Shown: positions 27,657-32,000 of the stretch, one piece after another
Position numbering within the stretch: position 1 is the stretch's first letter
How the letters are laid out: the number at the start of each line of letters is the position of its first letter
Position numbers and translations under genes: made by a program
Assembly (NCBI GenBank): GCA_048886185.1
Contig: JBHLKY010000006.1
Span: 144,967 to 176,966, forward strand
From: Candidatus Hermodarchaeota archaeon
Lineage (GTDB): Archaea; Asgardarchaeota; Heimdallarchaeia; Hodarchaeales; Hodarchaeaceae
Direction of reading: 5' to 3'
Length of the DNA: 32,000 bases
The notes under the pieces: generated by a model
Databases searched by the model: none
The model's input: the letters and a program-made list of their open reading frames with translations, nothing else
Told to the model about the DNA's origin: nothing

Positions 27657-28055
27657 CTATTTTTTTAAGTAATAGATCGATGAAAGATATAGCTCATCCA
27701 ATCGTGTTACCATCATTTCCAATTGAGGTTTGGTATCATTCCTTTTCTTGAATCCAATTATAAGATGATTTACTTCCCTTTCATTTGAAATTAGTGCTAA
27801 TCCTTCAGAAGTTGGTTGAATAGATTCCCACATTTGGGGAAGGGTCGCACACAGTCTTTCAAACTCTTCGAGTTTCATTTCAACAATAGATCCATTATTT
27901 CTTTTTAATCCTGTTAACGGAAAACCGCTGTCATCACTTATAAATGATGCAATCATTTGATGGGCATCTTCACCTCCCTTCATTTGCTTGGATAAAATAG
28001 CCCTAAGAGACAAACGCATCTGGTCTTCTAAATTTCGTCCCATTTTTTGTTTCAT
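27657..28055 (-). CDS. Roadblock/LC7 (MglB/LAMTOR-like) fold protein
   Basis: Helix, then IASFISDDSGFPLT (Roadblock beta-hairpin with D.G), then helix EEFERLCATLPQMWESI, then three strands (HLIIGF, LEMMVTR, LYLSSIY). Confidence 0.62.
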   Translation of the reverse strand: MKQKMGRNLEDQMRLSLRAILSKQMKGGEDAHQMIASFISDDSGFPLTGLKRNNGSIVEMKLEEFERLCATLPQMWESIQPTSEGLALISNEREVNHLIIGFKKRNDTKPQLEMMVTRLDELYLSSIYYLKK

Positions 28056-28081
28056 CAGCCTAATTAATACTGTTTCATCAG
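28048..28081. repeat. 11-bp direct repeat TGTTTCATCAG at 28048-28058 and 28071-28081
   Basis: Read directly. It duplicates the start-codon context of the Roadblock gene. Confidence 0.7.
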
Positions 28082-28263
28082 GAGAGAGATCAGATTTTTG
28101 CTATTAATTTTTTTTGAATTTCGAATAGAGATTTCTATTGGTTCGAAAAGATAATATTTTCAAAGAAGGTCAAGGACAGATGTCTAAGTTTCACTAATCA
28201 AGTAATTTCGTATCATTATTCAGCGCAAAATTGCTGCTAGACACTAATTTACGTGAATGAGCA

Positions 28264-31200
28264 ATGCTAATTCGTTTTAATTTGATAAATATACTGAAAC
28301 CTTATATGAAATCCGCCCTTCTCCTCCTGTTAGTCTTCACCTCTGTACCCAGCATCACGAGTGCATATATACCTCTTGAAAGTCACGAGAGAGAAGTACA
28401 GGGAGTTTCACCAAGTTTTCCAACAAACATTCCCAAAATGACGCTGGAAGATGATAACAATCTTACTGATAATTCATTCTTCGACATTGAAAGCCTTTAT
28501 ACATATGTTGGTTCCTTATATGAAGAAGACGGGATATTTTTTGAGGCTGTCGAGGGATATGCCACATCTATCGCCACTTACGAAGCTCTTTCTATCTTGA
28601 GGTTCTTAGGACTCGATTATTACCAATTTGGCTCCGATTGGGCAGATGAAGAGGTAACCATAGCAGATAATTTATTAAATAGTCTTAGAGATGAATCTGA
28701 ATCGGGAGGGTTTCTTATTAGCACAGATGCCCGATCACCTTCGTTAGAGGGGACTTTTGGAGTTACAGCCTCTCTTTGGATAATGAATGAACTACCATTG
28801 AAACTAAAGCCAATCACTCCAGAATTATTGAATTTCGTAATACAAAATACCTATGATAGAGACAATGGTAGTTTTCATGAATTTGACCAGAAAACCTTGA
28901 CTATCAAGGCAACATTTCAAGCGTTAACTATTCTGGATCTAATTCGCAAAGTTGTAATCATTCCAGAGTTATATGACGAGGAAAAAACTCTTTTGGTAAA
29001 TAAAACTGTTCTAGAGTTTGTGGGAAATTTTTCCGATAATATTTACGAATTTCTAGAGAGTTCATGGGAAAATGATTCATACTTTTATTCCCACAGCCCC
29101 TATCAAACTAAAATTGAAGATACGTGGTATGCTCTCGGTTCAATTAAAATACTGGAAGAGCTTGGGAAGATTGTAGGTATATCGCTACCAATAAAACTCA
29201 TCGATTATAAGGAAAACGTGATAAATTGGTTGATTTCATTAAAAAAGACATCTGGTATTACTAAAGGAGGGTTTGGGACATCTGAATTTGCTAATATCTC
29301 AGAGACAGGTTTAACTTATGCAATTCTTCAGCTCTTTAATGCTACAGATGAGATTAACAATGGGCATAACGAAACACTGTCTTTTGTTTATTCGTCGCAA
29401 TTTCTTAAACGGGAAAATCGACAATATCGTGCCTCTGAAACAGTTCATTTGGGAGGATTTGGTCCAAACAATCGCACTTATAGTAATAGTGAAGCAAGTA
29501 AAAGGGTTAACATACATGATTCATACTATGCAACATTGGTTCTTCTTCTTTCAGATGATATCTTTAATTCCATTAATCTTTCCTTAGAAACATCACATTA
29601 TCAAGAGATCTTGTCAAAATATCCTGAAAGTATTAATCAATCTAATTACATTATTCAAGGAAAGCTTGGGACGCTTGAACAATATTTTTCTATTTATAAT
29701 TATAAGTCTCATGGATCATTGGAACTGAAAACTTCCGTAGATAATTGGAATTTCACCCATCCTGAGTATACTGAGAGAAATACTAACTTCGTCGGAAAAT
29801 CTAACGCTCTTTATATTGTAAACTTGGAGAATGATACAGATGCTAATTTTAACTGGACCTTAGGTTCGCATAGACTTACAAATATTATTTCAATACGAAA
29901 TTTACCAATTATTCAGCCTCAGAGGTATTATCATAATTCGACATTGTTTGTAGGATATGAAAACAAGATAGAGTTTGATGCGACTGCAATAAAACCAGGA
30001 GGTATCATAAGTACAACAATTCAGTATCAAAATCATTCTCTTCTCACATATTCCACTCAAAATATAACCGATGGGACTGTAACTGCTAATCTAAAATCAC
30101 CAAATGGGCAGAAACTTATATGGTTTAATTTTGAGCCTATTAATAAAACTATTGAAGCAATAAATTATGTATGGGACGTTCCTGATCAAGCTCTACTAGG
30201 AACGTGGAAACTTACGACAATTTTCAACCAATCAAAATTGTTTATGATATTTACCGTATTGATTGAAGTCAATGATACAGTGTTTTTTGATGATATGTCA
30301 ATATTACCCCATTATTATCCAGGAGAAGATATGAACCTAAATATTTCTTTAAAATATTCAAATGGTAATTTTACTCCCTTTGCTAATGTATCATTGATGT
30401 TTTCAAGTAACAAAACGAATAAGATTGTTTTTAACCTAACACTTCAGCATTTCCAGGGCACTGTTTATTCAACAAGAGGTATAAATTGTCCCACTCGTTT
30501 TCTTTATGGTTTCTATAATGCTTCAGTTCGACTAGTTTGGAATTCGACGTTAATTGAATCTCCTGATCTCATTGTAAATAAGAGTCTTCCAATTATATCT
30601 ATCAAAGGTGTTCCAACGCTATCAGATCCCTTTTTTAAAACAAATTACAGGAGTTCAAAAATTTTAGTAGAGAATAATGAAATTTATTATGGTGAAACAG
30701 TCAACTTATCATTTAGTATAGGTTTTCGATCTGATTCTACAATTTATAATGTAACTGATGAAAAAGTGTTTGTTCGAGGAGGATTAACAAACCTAACTCA
30801 ACCATCTTCTTTTATTCAACTTTTTAAGGTCTCACAAAAGAATGAATCTCTTTTTTTGAATGGATTAATCAATACTAATCTTCCTAATACTACTTTTGGG
30901 ACACGATTCCAGATATTAGCAGAATGGAATAATACGTATGTATACATCAGAAAATTAATGAGCACAGAACAAGCTGCTTTCGATTTCTCTCTTGTTGGAT
31001 CCTTTATGATTGAGGATATTACTTATGTAGCGACCGAGATGTCCAATGGACTTCATTACTATGCACTTGACACAACTCCAGTTATTTCAATTTCATTTAA
31101 AGTTATTAACAAAGAACTAGAAGAGAACGCGATCCCTGTACCTAATCTCAATCTATACGGTATTCTTGACATCCAAGATAAAATTGGAACTTTAAATCGC

Positions 31201-31479
31201 TCTCTCCCTAGTATAACATCAGCAGTCGACCAGACTGGCAACCCAATATATCTTATATCAATCCCTACTACAGATTTAAGCCCAAATAGATACGAAATCG
31301 GAGTTTACACTTGGACAGCTATTAAAAACCATTTGAAAATCGGACAATTATTACCTGGCTTTAGAATTACAAGAACTTTTTCTCCTCAGCCGATTCTACA
31401 ACCGTATGAAGTCTTAGTACTTTTCACAGGATTAATTTTCATTATACTGGTTTATTTGAATTTAAAGAAGTTTCGGTAA
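28264..31479 (+). CDS. Large secreted, membrane-anchored protein with prenyltransferase/squalene-oxidase-like alpha/alpha repeats and a beta-rich stalk (alternative ATG at 28306)
   Basis: Signal-peptide-like MKSALLLLLVFTSVPSITSA. Six repeats of type G.F...x..T..A...L..L. Many N-x-S/T sequons and a C-terminal TM helix followed by KKFR. Confidence 0.75.
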   Translation: MLIRFNLINILKPYMKSALLLLLVFTSVPSITSAYIPLESHEREVQGVSPSFPTNIPKMTLEDDNNLTDNSFFDIESLYTYVGSLYEEDGIFFEAVEGYATSIATYEALSILRFLGLDYYQFGSDWADEEVTIADNLLNSLRDESESGGFLISTDARSPSLEGTFGVTASLWIMNELPLKLKPITPELLNFVIQNTYDRDNGSFHEFDQKTLTIKATFQALTILDLIRKVVIIPELYDEEKTLLVNKTVLEFVGNFSDNIYEFLESSWENDSYFYSHSPYQTKIEDTWYALGSIKILEELGKIVGISLPIKLIDYKENVINWLISLKKTSGITKGGFGTSEFANISETGLTYAILQLFNATDEINNGHNETLSFVYSSQFLKRENRQYRASETVHLGGFGPNNRTYSNSEASKRVNIHDSYYATLVLLLSDDIFNSINLSLETSHYQEILSKYPESINQSNYIIQGKLGTLEQYFSIYNYKSHGSLELKTSVDNWNFTHPEYTERNTNFVGKSNALYIVNLENDTDANFNWTLGSHRLTNIISIRNLPIIQPQRYYHNSTLFVGYENKIEFDATAIKPGGIISTTIQYQNHSLLTYSTQNITDGTVTANLKSPNGQKLIWFNFEPINKTIEAINYVWDVPDQALLGTWKLTTIFNQSKLFMIFTVLIEVNDTVFFDDMSILPHYYPGEDMNLNISLKYSNGNFTPFANVSLMFSSNKTNKIVFNLTLQHFQGTVYSTRGINCPTRFLYGFYNASVRLVWNSTLIESPDLIVNKSLPIISIKGVPTLSDPFFKTNYRSSKILVENNEIYYGETVNLSFSIGFRSDSTIYNVTDEKVFVRGGLTNLTQPSSFIQLFKVSQKNESLFLNGLINTNLPNTTFGTRFQILAEWNNTYVYIRKLMSTEQAAFDFSLVGSFMIEDITYVATEMSNGLHYYALDTTPVISISFKVINKELEENAIPVPNLNLYGILDIQDKIGTLNRSLPSITSAVDQTGNPIYLISIPTTDLSPNRYEIGVYTWTAIKNHLKIGQLLPGFRITRTFSPQPILQPYEVLVLFTGLIFIILVYLNLKKFR

Positions 31480-31842
31480 CAAGTTTTTTCCAATTTCATC
31501 AGCCCACTGTTTGAAAAAATGAATTAGCTCATCTAGTTGGGATCTTGTTAAATCAGGAAAATGGATTCCAAACAGAACTAGGGTATGTAAACGGGTTATT
31601 TTGGCAATAATTCGCGCAATACTTCCAGCTAGCTCTCCATCTCGGTGACTTGGGAATGAGATACAATGGTAATTTGCTGATTCATCACCATTTTTTCTTA
31701 TATAAGGAACCCCAATTCCAACTCCTCCCAGGTGATCGTTCGGGCCAACAATATCAATAACTAATCCCCTTTCTTTAAAATATATAGTTGCTGAGAATTG
31801 ATGTGAAGAGTATTCAGTTCTAAAGTTCGCGATTTCTTGCAA
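31462..31842 (-). CDS. LpdD-like small protein (prenylated-flavin chaperone family)
   Basis: G..DHLGGV, PSHRDGELA..IA..IA and GIH..LT..QL match the LpdD pattern as I recall it. TTG start; the 3' end overlaps the upstream convergent gene by 18 nt. Confidence 0.6.
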   Translation of the reverse strand: MQEIANFRTEYSSHQFSATIYFKERGLVIDIVGPNDHLGGVGIGVPYIRKNGDESANYHCISFPSHRDGELAGSIARIIAKITRLHTLVLFGIHFPDLTRSQLDELIHFFKQWADEIGKNLLPKLL

Positions 31843-31888
31843 TGTGTGAACCCTTCAACAGAAAAGAAAATGAAAAATATATTTGCTT

Positions 31889-31999
31889 TTAGTTACCCTC
31901 TTCACTAGTATCGCTTTTTGATTCCTCTTCAGATTGCGGTGGCTCTTCCTCTTCTAGCTCTTGCTGCTGCTCCTGTTCAAATTGTCGCTGCTCTTGCTG
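31889..31999 (-). CDS. 3' end of a gene starting beyond the window; Q/E-rich acidic tail
   Basis: My translation is QQEQRQFEQEQQQELEEEEPPQSEEESKSDTSEEGN*, with TAA at 31891-31889. It is too short for the ORF track. Confidence 0.65.
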   Translation of the reverse strand, partial: QQEQRQFEQEQQQELEEEEPPQSEEESKSDTSEEGN

Positions 32000-32000
32000 C

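Noticed and set aside
28040-28090. Hammerhead ribozyme or C/D box RNA from CUGAUGA...GAAA
   Set aside because: Stem II would be only about 3-4 weak pairs, I found no stems I/III, and the C box lacks the leading purine.
1883-31241. Short ORFs overlapping real genes (e.g. 1883-2116, 3436-3675, 5303-5590, 11542-11958, 14404-14643, 21590-21937, 29318-29587)
   Set aside because: They are antisense or alternate-frame shadows of well-supported genes, with no motifs.
1-32000. AGTATTA (aCcr1 box) as a window-wide regulon marker
   Set aside because: Exact copies occur mostly inside coding sequence (about 1308, 3150, 8842, 11528, 17760, 17925, 20301, 23160), as expected for AT-rich DNA. Only 18100 and 28065 are intergenic.
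1-32000. tRNA, rRNA, CRISPR array, IS element
   Set aside because: I saw no cloverleaf or T-loop in the intergenic regions, no regularly spaced repeats, and no transposase or integrase motifs.

Overview
AT-rich archaeal chromosome window. It is most likely from an Asgard archaeon (Heimdallarchaeia/Hodarchaeales-like); this is inferred from TFB, archaeosine TGT, a CdrS-type RHH protein, an MglA-like GTPase and a Roadblock-fold protein. About 24 CDSs are present. They include histidine utilisation genes (hutI partial, hutH, hutU), an MglA-like GTPase, a PIG-L deacetylase, a degenerate YprB/MrfB-like protein, tgtA and a class II ribonucleotide reductase (nrdJ) carrying a 447-aa LAGLIDADG intein. 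They also include an RHH regulator, a DUF99 nuclease, a polyprenyl synthase / nucleotidyltransferase-like / GT2 cluster, two membrane proteases, TFB, lipA, a Roadblock plus coiled-coil pair, a large surface protein and an LpdD-like protein. I found no rRNA, tRNA, CRISPR array or transposase. The most striking observation is that the nrdJ intein has every canonical splicing residue but is followed by Arg (CGG), not Cys/Ser/Thr, so standard splicing cannot be completed. Next are an RHH-fused nucleotidyltransferase that has lost its catalytic residues and a CdrS/aCcr1-type regulator that sits head-to-head with nrdJ rather than next to ftsZ. All family calls come from motif recognition by eye; no database searches were run.
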